Assembly (NCBI GenBank): GCA_965248925.1 | Contig: CBDFLE010000005.1 | Coordinates: 1,216,001 to 1,280,000 of the forward strand | Reading direction: 5' to 3' | Origin: Candidatus Multivoradales bacterium | GTDB taxonomy: Bacteria; Acidobacteriota; Thermoanaerobaculia; Multivoradales; J023 | Length of the DNA: 64,000 nucleotides | Shown: positions 47,194 to 57,440 of the stretch, piece by piece | How positions within the stretch are numbered: the first letter of the stretch is position 1 | Layout of the letters: each line of letters opens with the position of its first letter | The notes under the pieces: generated by a model | What the model was told of the DNA's origin: nothing | Databases searched by the model: none | The model's input: the letters and a program-made list of their open reading frames with translations, nothing else | Position numbers and translations under genes: made by a program

Positions 47194-50100
47194 TTGAAGA
47201 CATACTTCTTAGTAACTCTCACCACTATTGCGCTATTGGCCTTTGTCAACGACCGGGCTTCAGCTCAAAGCTGCGCCGTTTTCGGCCTTCCCACCGACCT
47301 TCCCGTGGTCGGTGACTGGAACGGTGATGGAACGGATAGCATCGGCATCTACCGCAATACCCATTGGGATGTTGACTACAACGGCAACGCCGTCTGGGAG
47401 GGTGGCGGAATCGATCGATCCTGGGACTTCGGCGAGGCTGGAGACAAACCCGTTGTCGGGGATTGGAACGGCGACGGCAGGGACAATATAGGTGTCTTTC
47501 GCTCGGACGGCTGGTGGCACCTCGACTACAACGGCAACGGCGTTTGGAACGGCTGCGGGGCGGACCGTTGCGCTCAGTTCGGCTTTGGCACCGACCAACC
47601 GGTGGTCGGAGACTGGAACGGCGATGGCAGAGACGATATAGGCATCTTCCGTGACTGGTTATGGGACATCGACCTCAACGGTAGTCTGGGCTGGGAGGGT
47701 CCGCCCCTCGATCGTTCCACGGTCTTCGGCCTGACCGGAGACATCGGCGTGCCCGGAGATTGGAACGGCGACGGCGTGGACGAGATCGCGGTCTACCGTC
47801 CGACGACCTGGTCGCTGGACCTGAACGGCAACGGCCTCTGGGACGGGATACCCCCCGACGGCGCCTTCAACTTCGGGGTCGCGGGCCACCTGCCGGTGGT
47901 CGCTGATTGGGATGGCGACGGGACAGACGAAGCGGGCATGTTCAACGGCGCCCATTGGTATTGGGACGGCTGCTTCCTGCCACCGGTAGCGGCCGACGAC
48001 ACAGCCACGACCGGCGCCGACTCGCCGGTGGAGATCGACGTCGTGGCCAACGATCTCGATCCCGACTTGCTGCCCCTGTCGCTGGCTACGAGCCCCAACC
48101 CGGTGGTGGTCCAGCCGAGCAACGGCACGGCGGTCCGCTCCAGCTCGACGCGCATCCGCTATACCCCCAACGCCGGATTCTCCGGCACGGACAGCTTCCG
48201 CTATCGGGTCACGGCGAGCGATGGAGAGACCGACCAGGCCGACGTTACGGTAACCGTGACCTCCATTCCAGGACCGGACATCACGCTGGTGAACCGCCGC
48301 ACGATCCCCATGACCAGCGCCGTGACGGTGATCGTCCGGGGCCGCAACATGGCCAACGCCATCATCCGAATCCCGGATCCCGAAGACCCGAATCAGGTTG
48401 CCCCAACAGTGCAGAGCATCACGGTCACCCCGGTCGGCAGTCAACATCGATATGACATTGTTTTAGACACTTCGGATCCGCGGACCGAAGGACCCTTCGC
48501 CATTTTCGTCGAGAACGGGGCCGGACCCGCCGGAGGCGCCATCGAGGACGTGCGCGTCGTGCCGAACCGGCCGGTGGTCGACGCCTACACGCCGGCGGTG
48601 GCGGTCGACGGCGCCTCTTACGTACTGATGGCCTCCGGTGCCAACCTGCTGAATGCCAGTGTGCAGTCATCGCATCCCAACATCTCGATCACCGAGCTCG
48701 ACAATTCGGACGACTCGATGCTCACCGGCCTGCTCATCGTCGAGTCCGGCGCCCCTCCGGGCAACTTCAACCTGACCCTGGGCGCCCCCGGCGGCGGTAC
48801 GATCCAGTTGCCCCTCGAGCTGCCCTTCGAGCCGCCCTCCCTACTGGGGTCCCAGAGCGAGCCCACCGGCTATGACCTTACTTCGGGTACGAAGAACCCT
48901 GGTCCCCCGATCTACTTTCAGGCGCCTACTTACCTCACGGGTGGGCTTCCGACGCCTCCGCCGCCGACCGGGAAAAGCGGCTTCGGAAATACTTCAGCCA
49001 AGCTGGGGGGGAGTTGCATCTTCCCGGATACGTTCTATCGCTCCCGGAGTTCAAGCAGCCGATTCGATATCAAAGTGAGCCCGCTAAACCTCGCCGGCAT
49101 GGTGGATCCCGACGTTTTGAAGAATATGGATGTAGGTGAGATTCGGCGCTTAGGGGCCGGAGGCGTCGCCGTCATGGCGAATGTCACCGTCCTGGCCGAG
49201 GTCGCCTACTGCCAGGAGAGTGAGAGATTTACCTTCACCGTCTGCATCGTCGCGAACTTCGGAGCAGAGCTGTTGGGTGGGTCCGGCCTGGTGGAAAGCG
49301 GCATCCAATGCTTTCCCGGCGGCGGTTTCATTCAGACGGAAAATACCACCGGGACGCTCGATTCCTTCGAGATCTCATCGCCACGGCAGTGTACTAAGAT
49401 CCTCCCGCCAGGCCCACCGCCGCCACCGGAAGGCCAAGCGGCTGCCAAGATCGAGCTCGACCAATGCTGTGCCGAGACCGTCACGTACTCCGCTGCGGGC
49501 GTCGCCTTCCAGACGTCGCCCTTCGCTAGGTCCTACAGTGAGCTCGACCGGCCTCTTGCCCTGGCCACGCCCACGTGTGGCGCCGATCAGTACGAGGTCG
49601 AGATACGGGCCTTCATTCCCGTCGACCACATCAACATATTTCCGTTCTCTTGCCAGGAACCCTTCAATCCAAGGGTACACGCGCTGCTCGATGTGGGCGA
49701 TGACCGCGGATTCATGGCGGATCCACCTCTATCCGAGGCAGGGACCAACGGCTTCCGTCTCGAACAGAAGGTTACGGTGATACCGAACGCGGCGGGCTGC
49801 AGCGCTACTTCTGGCTGCCGCAGCAATGGGGAGTTGTTCTTGAGCCGGAGAACCAAACTTGGGCGTACGGATGTCATGGCTGACAATGCCCTCGAAAACT
49901 CTCCAATCAATCAGATAACCATCGCCGACTATGACAGCAATTTCCAGGATTGCTATTTGTGGGATGACAGAGCAACCACTACTCCGAGTACGGATCTGGT
50001 GGTCGTGGACCGGAACGATTCCGACACCGTGATGATCACGATGATCATGGGGGCAGCGAATCCAACTATCCCTCTTGCTCCGGATATCGACTGGCACATG

Positions 50101-50331
50101 AGAATGAGGATCCACGACGACGGTACCTACGAGATCTCAAATACCCATGATTGCTATCCGGCTTACGAGGTCTATATCAACGACCAGCAGGTTTGGGGAT
50201 TCATGCCGACCTTCAACTCGTTCACTCACGTTGGGTGTTGCCTTCCAGGGATAGCCAACGTCACTCATTTCTGCGACGGCACCATTGGCGACCCACCTTG
50301 CTACTTGCGGAATGGGGGTACCTGCCCTTAG
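47194..50331 (+). CDS. Secreted Cys-rich protein with FG-GAP-like repeats, Ig/cadherin-like domains and a C-terminal DUF3238-like domain
   Basis: TTG start and signal peptide; five PVVGDWNGDG.D.IG repeats; PPVAADD...IDVVANDLD...YTPNAGFSGTDSFRY; PDIDW...HDCYPAYEVYIN. Confidence 0.82.
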   Translation: MKTYFLVTLTTIALLAFVNDRASAQSCAVFGLPTDLPVVGDWNGDGTDSIGIYRNTHWDVDYNGNAVWEGGGIDRSWDFGEAGDKPVVGDWNGDGRDNIGVFRSDGWWHLDYNGNGVWNGCGADRCAQFGFGTDQPVVGDWNGDGRDDIGIFRDWLWDIDLNGSLGWEGPPLDRSTVFGLTGDIGVPGDWNGDGVDEIAVYRPTTWSLDLNGNGLWDGIPPDGAFNFGVAGHLPVVADWDGDGTDEAGMFNGAHWYWDGCFLPPVAADDTATTGADSPVEIDVVANDLDPDLLPLSLATSPNPVVVQPSNGTAVRSSSTRIRYTPNAGFSGTDSFRYRVTASDGETDQADVTVTVTSIPGPDITLVNRRTIPMTSAVTVIVRGRNMANAIIRIPDPEDPNQVAPTVQSITVTPVGSQHRYDIVLDTSDPRTEGPFAIFVENGAGPAGGAIEDVRVVPNRPVVDAYTPAVAVDGASYVLMASGANLLNASVQSSHPNISITELDNSDDSMLTGLLIVESGAPPGNFNLTLGAPGGGTIQLPLELPFEPPSLLGSQSEPTGYDLTSGTKNPGPPIYFQAPTYLTGGLPTPPPPTGKSGFGNTSAKLGGSCIFPDTFYRSRSSSSRFDIKVSPLNLAGMVDPDVLKNMDVGEIRRLGAGGVAVMANVTVLAEVAYCQESERFTFTVCIVANFGAELLGGSGLVESGIQCFPGGGFIQTENTTGTLDSFEISSPRQCTKILPPGPPPPPEGQAAAKIELDQCCAETVTYSAAGVAFQTSPFARSYSELDRPLALATPTCGADQYEVEIRAFIPVDHINIFPFSCQEPFNPRVHALLDVGDDRGFMADPPLSEAGTNGFRLEQKVTVIPNAAGCSATSGCRSNGELFLSRRTKLGRTDVMADNALENSPINQITIADYDSNFQDCYLWDDRATTTPSTDLVVVDRNDSDTVMITMIMGAANPTIPLAPDIDWHMRMRIHDDGTYEISNTHDCYPAYEVYINDQQVWGFMPTFNSFTHVGCCLPGIANVTHFCDGTIGDPPCYLRNGGTCP

Positions 50332-50539
50332 CCGGAGCTAGCCGTCGTCACCCACGAGAGGCCGATGGCACGATTCGAGGCCCGGCGGGCGGTCATCCCG
50401 CCGTCCGCCGGGCCCTTCGGAGGTTCCCCGAGCCCTGGTCGGGTTGTGCCTCGACAACAAAATACCGACCTGTTTTCTCAACGACTGACAGCCCATAGGC
50501 CGAAACGCATACGTCATGCTTGACGGATCCCGTCACGGC

Positions 50540-51571
50540 ATGATCCGCGCTTCCTTGGCGTTCCTCGCTTCTCTACTACGCTCCCGAACGGATCTCGCCC
50601 TCGAGAACGCCGCTCTTCGCCAACCGCTCGCGGTTCTCCAAGGCCAGAAACCACGACGCAGGATGCCGACGCTCGGTCGCCTGTTCTGGGTCGCTCTTCG
50701 CCGCTTCTGGCCGCAATGGCGGGACGCTCTGAATCTGGTGAAGCCCGAGACGGTCGCCCGATGGCATCGCCTCGGCTTCCGTGCCTACTGGACCTGGAAG
50801 TCCAAGAAGCGCCAGCCAGGCCGACCGAGAATTGATCCAGAACTGCGAAAACTCATTCGCAGAATGGCCAGAGAGAACTCAACGTGGAGAGCCCCAAGAA
50901 TCCACGCAGAGCTGCTCTTCCTCGGCTTTGAGGTAGCAGTGCGGACGGTCTTGCGGTACCTACCGAAGCCGACCAACCCTGATGCTGTTCGTCGCTGGAT
51001 GATCTTCCTGCGACAGCACCGGAAGGCACTGGTCGGTATGGACTTCTTCGTGGTCAACACGTTGAGTTTCAGGCTCCTGCATGTCCTCTTCTTCGTCCAC
51101 CACGAACACCGACAGATCGTTCATTGGGCGGTGACACAGCTGCCTACCCAAGAGTGGATTCAGCAGCAGATACGAGTAGCATTCCCCTTCGATACAGCGC
51201 CAGGCTATCTGGTCCTGGATCGGGATCCGTTGTTCAGCCTAGCGATCCGGGACTTCATTCGAGACATTGGCACGAAGCCGGTCAGGATTTCGCCGCGAAG
51301 CCCTTGGCAGAATGGGATTGCCGAATGTTGGGTCGGCTCGATTCGTCGAGGGCTACTCCACCACGTAATAGTCTTGAACGAAGATCATCTTCGGCGACTG
51401 ATTTCAGGCTACGTCGCCTACTACCAGGAAGACCGGCCGCACCTTGCTCTCAGAAAACAAGCACCAGCAGGCCGAGAGGTTGAGCGACCACCGAAAAAGG
51501 GTGCAGAGGTCGCTGCTTTTCTAAGGTGCGATGGGCTTCACCATCGCTATCATTGGGCTCAAGCAGCCTGA
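50540..51571 (+). CDS. Integrase-core-domain transposase
   Basis: LALENAALRQ, VKPETVARWHR, MDFFVV, VLDRD, PWQNGIAE (DDE); reading frame open. Confidence 0.88.
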   Translation: MIRASLAFLASLLRSRTDLALENAALRQPLAVLQGQKPRRRMPTLGRLFWVALRRFWPQWRDALNLVKPETVARWHRLGFRAYWTWKSKKRQPGRPRIDPELRKLIRRMARENSTWRAPRIHAELLFLGFEVAVRTVLRYLPKPTNPDAVRRWMIFLRQHRKALVGMDFFVVNTLSFRLLHVLFFVHHEHRQIVHWAVTQLPTQEWIQQQIRVAFPFDTAPGYLVLDRDPLFSLAIRDFIRDIGTKPVRISPRSPWQNGIAECWVGSIRRGLLHHVIVLNEDHLRRLISGYVAYYQEDRPHLALRKQAPAGREVERPPKKGAEVAAFLRCDGLHHRYHWAQAA

Positions 51572-51704
51572 ACCCCCTGCTCTTTCACAACCCGGCCCAG
51601 CCTTGTCCTTCGAATTCGTGGTGAGGTGCGTTCGCCTGAATCCAGACCTCCTGACCTACCCCTCCTAACCCTCTGAAAACACAGGACCGCCCCTCAGAGG
51701 TGGT

Positions 51705-52381
51705 GCGGACCCAAAACTGTCCGCTTTTTTCGGTGCCGAGGCATGATCGAGCATGGCACTGACGAGCGAGCACACCGTCCTGTTCCCAGACCACGCCGGG
51801 GTCCCCGATGGGGTTGTGGTGATCAACGACCGCTGCCGCCTCCAGCAGAGGGGCGGCTATCGGGTGGTGGTGGTCAGCGGCATGCCGCTCGCTCACTTCG
51901 CTGCCGGCGACAGGACAGGCGAGGCCCACGCGATGGTGAGTCTCGTTGAATTGGGCTGGGCACAGCAACGCGAGGTGGCCCTTGCGTTCGCTTGTGATGT
52001 GCGGACTGTGCGCCGGAATCAGCGCCGCTTCGAAGAAGGTGGGCTGGCTGCTCTGGGCCGGCCGCGCGGTTTTCCCCGGGGTCAGTCTCGGGTAGCGCAG
52101 GGCCGCCTGGACGCGGTCAACGGCTGGAAGGCCGAGGGTGTGTCGAATCGCGAGATTGGCCGGCGGCTGGGCATCGATGAGAAGGCCGTTCGCAAGCTCG
52201 CCAAGCGCCTGGGCTGGAAAGAGCGGTCGGTAGTGCAGATGACGATGCCCTTCGAGAGTGCGGACCCAAAACTGTCCGCCTCTGATGAGCAGCAGGTCGA
52301 CGGCCCCCTGAAAACTGCGGATCTTGCGCTCGACGCTGAGGGTGGCGGTGACCCAGCGGCTGCGGACCCAAAACTGTCCGC
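51705..52381. repeat. Three copies of the palindromic 20-mer GCGGACCCAAAACTGTCCGC
   Basis: Exact copies at 51705-51724, 52260-52279 and 52362-52381. Confidence 0.9.
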
Positions 52382-54146
52382 TTCTGCGTCCGAGCAAGAT
52401 CAGGTTCCCCTCTCGCTGGACCTCGATCCAGCGGATCGCGCCAGCGATCGGCTGCTGGCGAGGCTGGGATTCCTCGATGATGCGGCGCCGATCTTCGGAG
52501 CGGCGACCCAGCTACCGGGCGCCGGTGCTCTGCTGGCGATTCCCGCCCTGGTGGACAGCGGCGTGCTCTCCATCGCGCAGGAGCTGTACGGCAGCATCGG
52601 GCCGGCCTTCTATGGGCTGCGCACCACTCTGGTAACCCTGCTGCTGATGGCACTGTTGCGGGTCAAGCGACCCGAAGGGCTCAAGGAGCGCTCACCCCGG
52701 CATTTGGGTCAGCTTCTCGGGCTCGACCGAGCGCCGGAAGTGAAAACCTTGCGCAACAAGCTCGCTCGGCTGGCCGCGCATGGCCTGGCCGCGGATCTCG
52801 GTCGCGCCCTCGCTCAGCGCCGGGTCGCCACCAGGGGCCATGCCATGGGCTTCCTCTACGTGGACGGGCATGTGCGCGCCTACCACGGTGGCCGAGAGAT
52901 TCCCAAGACACACGTAGCGCGGATGCGGATCGCGATGCCGGCCACCACCGACTACTGGGTCAACGATGCTGAGAGCGAGCCTCTCTTCGTGGTCCCCACC
53001 GAGGCCAACAAGGGGCTTGCGACGATGCTTCCCCTCATTCTCGAAGAGGTACGAAAGCTACTCGGAGACCGGCGAGTCACCGTCGTCTTCGACCGTGGGG
53101 GTTGGAGCCCGAAGCTGTTTGCGAAGCTCATCGCCAAGAAGTTCGACATCCTCACATACCGAAAGGCCCCCTTTCGTCCGGTGCCGTTGAGCAAGTTCGG
53201 GCAGATCAAGGACACGATCCACGGGCGGAAGCTCGAGTACCTCCTCGCCGATCAGCGTATCTACCTCGAGTATGGCCCGAGGAAGAAGCGCAAGCGGCTG
53301 TACCTGCGCCAGGTCACCCGCCTCTGCGACAACGGCCACCAGACGTCCATCATCACCTCCCGCCGCGACCTCTCCACACTCGAGGTCGCCTACCGCATGT
53401 TCGATCGTTGGAGGCAAGAGAACTTCTTCAAATACCTGCGCGAAGAATTCGCACTCGATGCCCTGGTGGACTATGGCACCGAGCCAGCGGACGCCGCCCG
53501 CGATGTGCCGAATCCCGAGCGCGGCAAGATCAATGCAGAGCTGCGCAAAGCTCACGCACATCTCGAGCAGCTCCGGGCCCACATCGGGATCGCTGCTCTT
53601 GAAAACCGCGAGGATCGGCGGCGCACGATGCGCGGATTCAAGATCGCCAACGCCGCCATCTCCGCCAGGGTCCGGGCAGCGATAGAGCAGATCACCGAAC
53701 TCGAGAACCAGCGCGCGACCCTCCCCGTCCGCGTCCCCGTCCAAGAGGTCGTCGAAGCGGATGTCATCAAGCTGTCCGTCGAGCGCAAGCACCTCACCGA
53801 TATTCTCAAGATGGTCGCCTACCAGGCCGAAGGTGATCTTCTCCGGCTCCTATCACCCCACTACCGCCGCACCGAGCAGGAGGGACGCACCCTGATCCAA
53901 AGCGCTTTCGCGGCCGGCGGCGATATGGAGGTTACCGACACCGTGCTGCTCCTTTCCATCGACCCGCTCAGCTCTCCCCACAAGACGGCGGCGATCGCCG
54001 CCGTCTGCGAAGAACTCAACGCTACCGCCACCCACTTCCCCGGCACCGAGCTACGGATGCGGTTCGCGATCAAGAAGGCGCCACCCCGGAGCCTGGCCTT
54101 CCCAGGGCCTCGGAACACCTCCGGAGAGGCTCAACCGGACATTTGA
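51753..54146 (+). CDS. Putative transposase (797 aa; two N-terminal HTHs plus DDE domain)
   Basis: FLYVDGHVRAY, VVFDRGGWS, RWRQENFFKY; HTH motifs QREVALAF and SNREIGRRLGI. Confidence 0.88.
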   Translation: MALTSEHTVLFPDHAGVPDGVVVINDRCRLQQRGGYRVVVVSGMPLAHFAAGDRTGEAHAMVSLVELGWAQQREVALAFACDVRTVRRNQRRFEEGGLAALGRPRGFPRGQSRVAQGRLDAVNGWKAEGVSNREIGRRLGIDEKAVRKLAKRLGWKERSVVQMTMPFESADPKLSASDEQQVDGPLKTADLALDAEGGGDPAAADPKLSASASEQDQVPLSLDLDPADRASDRLLARLGFLDDAAPIFGAATQLPGAGALLAIPALVDSGVLSIAQELYGSIGPAFYGLRTTLVTLLLMALLRVKRPEGLKERSPRHLGQLLGLDRAPEVKTLRNKLARLAAHGLAADLGRALAQRRVATRGHAMGFLYVDGHVRAYHGGREIPKTHVARMRIAMPATTDYWVNDAESEPLFVVPTEANKGLATMLPLILEEVRKLLGDRRVTVVFDRGGWSPKLFAKLIAKKFDILTYRKAPFRPVPLSKFGQIKDTIHGRKLEYLLADQRIYLEYGPRKKRKRLYLRQVTRLCDNGHQTSIITSRRDLSTLEVAYRMFDRWRQENFFKYLREEFALDALVDYGTEPADAARDVPNPERGKINAELRKAHAHLEQLRAHIGIAALENREDRRRTMRGFKIANAAISARVRAAIEQITELENQRATLPVRVPVQEVVEADVIKLSVERKHLTDILKMVAYQAEGDLLRLLSPHYRRTEQEGRTLIQSAFAAGGDMEVTDTVLLLSIDPLSSPHKTAAIAAVCEELNATATHFPGTELRMRFAIKKAPPRSLAFPGPRNTSGEAQPDI

Positions 54147-55280
54147 GAAAAAGGGTATGTCAGGAGTTCTGGAATCGTTGAGGGAGGCGCCAACAGGTAG
54201 AATCTCGGCGCAGATCGGGCCGGATTGGATCTTGGCGAGGAAGGCCCCTTCTGCATCTTCGGAAGCGGTGTTGGGTTGCTGCCTTGCCTCACTACGCGAC
54301 GTCAACCAGGCGCCGACGATGACCAGAGCCGTTCCAGCGATCGCCGCTGGATGCACCGCCTCTCCAAGAACTACGATACCAAGGGCCACGGCGACGGGTG
54401 CTCCCAGGTAGATGGGCACTGACCCACGGGTGCTCCCTACCCTCCCTACCAGGGCGATCATCATCACGAAGGCGAGACCTGTACCGAGAACTCCCAAGGG
54501 AATCATCGCTAGAAGAGAGTTGGTGTTCCACTGTGAACCGGCCAAGTCCATCACGCCGAAAGGCACCACCACCGCTAGAGAGATGAGCTGAGCCCGGAGC
54601 AACACCGGAAGGGCTCCGTAGCGCTGCTGAAGCGGCACGGCGAGGTTGGCCGCGAGGCCGTAGAGGACGACTGAGAAAGCGATCATGCCGACTCCCAAAG
54701 CAGTAGATCTCGAAGAGATGAGCTGCGGCAAGGCGATAGCGACCACACCGCCGAAACCGACGAAGAGGCCAAGCCTCTGACTTGGACCCGGCAGGCGCCC
54801 GAGCAAGAGCGTGGCCCAGGCGGCGGTGGTCAGCGGCACCGCTCCGTTGATCATCCCTGCGACGGACGAATCGATCCATTGTTGAGCCATGGGAAAGAGA
54901 ACCAGGGGAATGCCCATCCACAGGATCCCCATCAAACCTATGCGGCCCAGGTCCGACCGGTGGACGGGTTTCCGGGCTTGGGGGAAGCACAAGAGCACGG
55001 CAGCACCGAGGAGTACCCGACTCGCGGCGATGACTCCCGGGCGAAGGCCCTCAAGGCCCAAATCGATCCAAAGAAAGGAAGAGCCCCAGATCAGCGCGAT
55101 GCACACCAGAAGTATCCATTCTACCGGGCCAAACGCCGTCGAAAATGTCCCCTCGGCAGTGAGCAGAAGCCGCCGCTGAATTGGCTCCGTCGGCTTCTGG
55201 GGATCACTAGCAGAGACCGCCCTCCGTAAATCTTGGTTCGATTCGATGTTTCCTTCTCGCACGGCGCTTTCCACTTTCAT
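54051..55280 (-). CDS. EamA/DMT-family transporter; C-terminus runs into IS sequence
   Basis: IWGSSFLWI, about 10 TM segments in two EamA repeats, GE......GTALVIVG; ATG 55280 follows GGGGAG. Confidence 0.9.
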   Translation of the reverse strand: MKVESAVREGNIESNQDLRRAVSASDPQKPTEPIQRRLLLTAEGTFSTAFGPVEWILLVCIALIWGSSFLWIDLGLEGLRPGVIAASRVLLGAAVLLCFPQARKPVHRSDLGRIGLMGILWMGIPLVLFPMAQQWIDSSVAGMINGAVPLTTAAWATLLLGRLPGPSQRLGLFVGFGGVVAIALPQLISSRSTALGVGMIAFSVVLYGLAANLAVPLQQRYGALPVLLRAQLISLAVVVPFGVMDLAGSQWNTNSLLAMIPLGVLGTGLAFVMMIALVGRVGSTRGSVPIYLGAPVAVALGIVVLGEAVHPAAIAGTALVIVGAWLTSRSEARQQPNTASEDAEGAFLAKIQSGPICAEILPVGASLNDSRTPDIPFFSNVRLSLSGGVPRPWEGQAPGWRLLDREPHP

Positions 55281-55376
55281 CGTTTGTCTTCTCCCCTGGG
55301 TTCGGTTGAAGATTGAGGGCAAGCCGAACTTAAGACAAGCGAAACTTTCTTACGGTTTTCCTGTAGAGTTTCTAAC

Positions 55377-56289
55377 GTGTTAGATCTACAGCGCCTCCGG
55401 ACCCTCCAAGCCGTCTCCCAATACGGCTCCCTCAGCGGAGCCGCCGACGCCCTGTACCTCACCGCTTCGGCGGTGTCCCAGCAGCTGAGCAAGCTGGAAA
55501 CGGAAACCGGCCAAAAGCTCCTGGAACGGCAAGGCCGTGGTATTCGCCTCACAGACGCCGCCTGTCTTTTGGTGAGCCACGCGGATCGAATCCTGTCTCT
55601 GGTGGAACAAGCAGAGGCCGATCTAGAAGAAAAGAAAGGTGGCGTCATCGGTAGCCTGACCCTCGGGGCCTTCGCCACAGCAGCCCGAAGCCTTCTCCCG
55701 AGGACCCTTCGCCAACTTCAGGAAACCTATCCGGGCCTTTCAGTCAGCTTGCGGGAAATGGAGCCTGAGCAGGCCCTTGCCGGCGTCACTCGGGGCACGC
55801 TGGATCTCTCCGTCGTCGTCGCCTGGGCTAACGCCCCCCCTGGAGATCTCGGACCACCTCGCCCAGGAGGTTTTGTTTACTGACTCTGCGGACTTGGCCC
55901 TACCTGCGAGTCATCCCTTGGCGGCGAGGGAATCCGTGCGCCTCGAGGAATTCCAGGATCAAGTCTGGATCAGCTGGCCCCGCGGCTCCATCTGCCACGA
56001 TTGGTTGGTTCTAACCCTCCGCGGCCTAGGCTCCGAACCCAACATCGCCCACACGGCCCTAGAACACGCGACCCAAGTCGCCCTGGTAGAAGCCGGCCTG
56101 GGCGCCGCAGTTCTCCCCCGCCTCGGCCGTAGCCCCTTGCCTAAAGGTGTACACATCGTCCCGGTAACCCCAGCCCTGGAGCGGCAGGTGTTCGCCGTAT
56201 GGCGAAAAGACGCCAGCCGCCGCCCGGCCATCGCCACCCTCGTCGACACCTTGTGCCACCAGGGGAAGAGCTACTGTTCTATGGTCTGA
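55377..56289 (+). pseudogene. LysR-family regulator with a +1 frameshift in a C7 run (55834-55840)
   Basis: HTH GSLSGAADALYLTASAVSQQLSKLE; the substrate-binding domain continues in ORF 55777-56289; divergent from the EamA gene. Confidence 0.88.
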
Positions 56290-56619
56290 GGGCTTCGAAA
56301 GCGTCGGGCTCGCCTCTGGTCACGACCCTTCCGCTGCCGTTAGACCTGCATTGGCCCTCGCTTCCCTACTCCGCTCCAGAGCCGAGTTCAATGTCCAGCA
56401 TATCCAACCCCCGCCGCTCCGCCTTCTTGGCCATGACGGGTTCGAAAACCCGGGCAAACGCCGCGAGCTGCGCCAGACCTTCCCGGCCAGCATCTGCATG
56501 CTTCAGGGGAATAGCTCCGAAAGCCCGAGTCACCGATACGAGCGCCAGGACAAGCCCGAGATCAGCGTCAGCATCGAGCATGCAACGCTTGCAGACTGGC
56601 TCCTCATCTTGATAGCCCC

Positions 56620-56853
56620 TTGCAAGCTTTGCTGCAGACTAAGCGGCTACGCCTACCCAAGAACTCCGATGCCGAGGCCTTGGCCCACGAGTTAAGGAAC
56701 TACGAGATCCGCGTGGATGAGAACGCCAACGACCGCTACGGTGCTTTCAAAGTCGGCACTCACGACGATCTAGTCACCGCTCTAGGACTCGCTGTACAAG
56801 ACGATGGGCTCGGGCTGTTAGCGGCTGCGCAAGAGCGCATTTATTCGGTGTAA
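56620..56853 (+). pseudogene. Fragment resembling a phage terminase large-subunit nuclease C-terminus
   Basis: LQTKRLRLP...LAHELRNY...GTHDDLVTALGLAV (HDD...A..LA). Confidence 0.55.
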
Positions 56854-57182
56854 TCCGATCCCGGGTGCTGCCCTTGCTCGGGCCGAGCGGTACTTTGGAG
56901 ATACTTGAGATACCCCTGGATATCTCCAAGGCTGTCGAGTTCTCGGATCACCGGCACAAAATAGGCCAGTGATCGGATCTTGGCCAGACTTGGTGCCTCT
57001 GGAGATCGATAGATGCGTCGACCGACTGCAAGGAGAATGGCCGCTCTGATCTGATCGATGGAGACTTTCTGGTGGTGGAGATCTAGAGCGAGCTTGCGGT
57101 CATTGGGTCTTGCCAGAGCAGGGGTCTCGTGTTGCTTGAGATAAGCTCTGAGAACCGCCTGGACGTAGTCGCCCTTGCTCAT
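56841..57182 (-). CDS. Hypothetical protein coupled to an istB 3' end
   Basis: 113-aa ORF whose start overlaps the istB fragment stop. Confidence 0.55.
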   Translation of the reverse strand: MSKGDYVQAVLRAYLKQHETPALARPNDRKLALDLHHQKVSIDQIRAAILLAVGRRIYRSPEAPSLAKIRSLAYFVPVIRELDSLGDIQGYLKYLQSTARPEQGQHPGSDYTE

Positions 57183-57335
57183 GATGTCTTTGCCTTTCGG
57201 CGCCGCGCGCGGTCTTGTGCCCGCCGTTTCTTCTCCTCTTCCGCTTCTTTACGCCGATAGGAATCGCCTTCGATGGTGACGATCTCGGCGTGATGCACGA
57301 GTCGATCGACGAGGGTGACCACGCAGGTGGCATCG
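57179..57335 (-). pseudogene. istB: IS21 IstB ATPase C-terminal fragment
   Basis: [29 protein letters not shown]. Confidence 0.8.
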
Positions 57336-57440
57336 AACGCAGCTCGCAGAGAAGCTCCGTACAGCGCAAGAGAGTCGTCAAGGCCAACGGTCGTTCTACT
57401 CCGTTCCTGAGAGCAACTCCGAGGTCATTCGCAGCCAGTT

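Larger units (their letters stand above)
51642..54172 (+). mobile_element. 2531-bp IS with a large DDE transposase (IS4/IS1380-clan-like, family not assigned)
   Basis: Inverted repeats CCAGACCTCCTGACCTACCC / GGGTATGTCAGGAGTTCTGG; 3-bp AAT duplication; the empty site is visible in copy 1 near 45035-45060. Confidence 0.9.
50446..54245 (+). mobile_element. rve/integrase-core element copy 2, carrying a nested IS
   Basis: Left end AAAATACCGACCTGTTTTCTCAACGACT and right end AGGTAGAATCTCGGCG...TTGGCGAGG are shared with 43841-45115; exact termini approximate. Confidence 0.8.

Noticed and set aside
51705-52381. Palindromic repeats as a possible CRISPR array
   Set aside because: Only three 20-bp copies at spacings of 555 and 102 bp, two of them inside a transposase ORF; no cas genes seen
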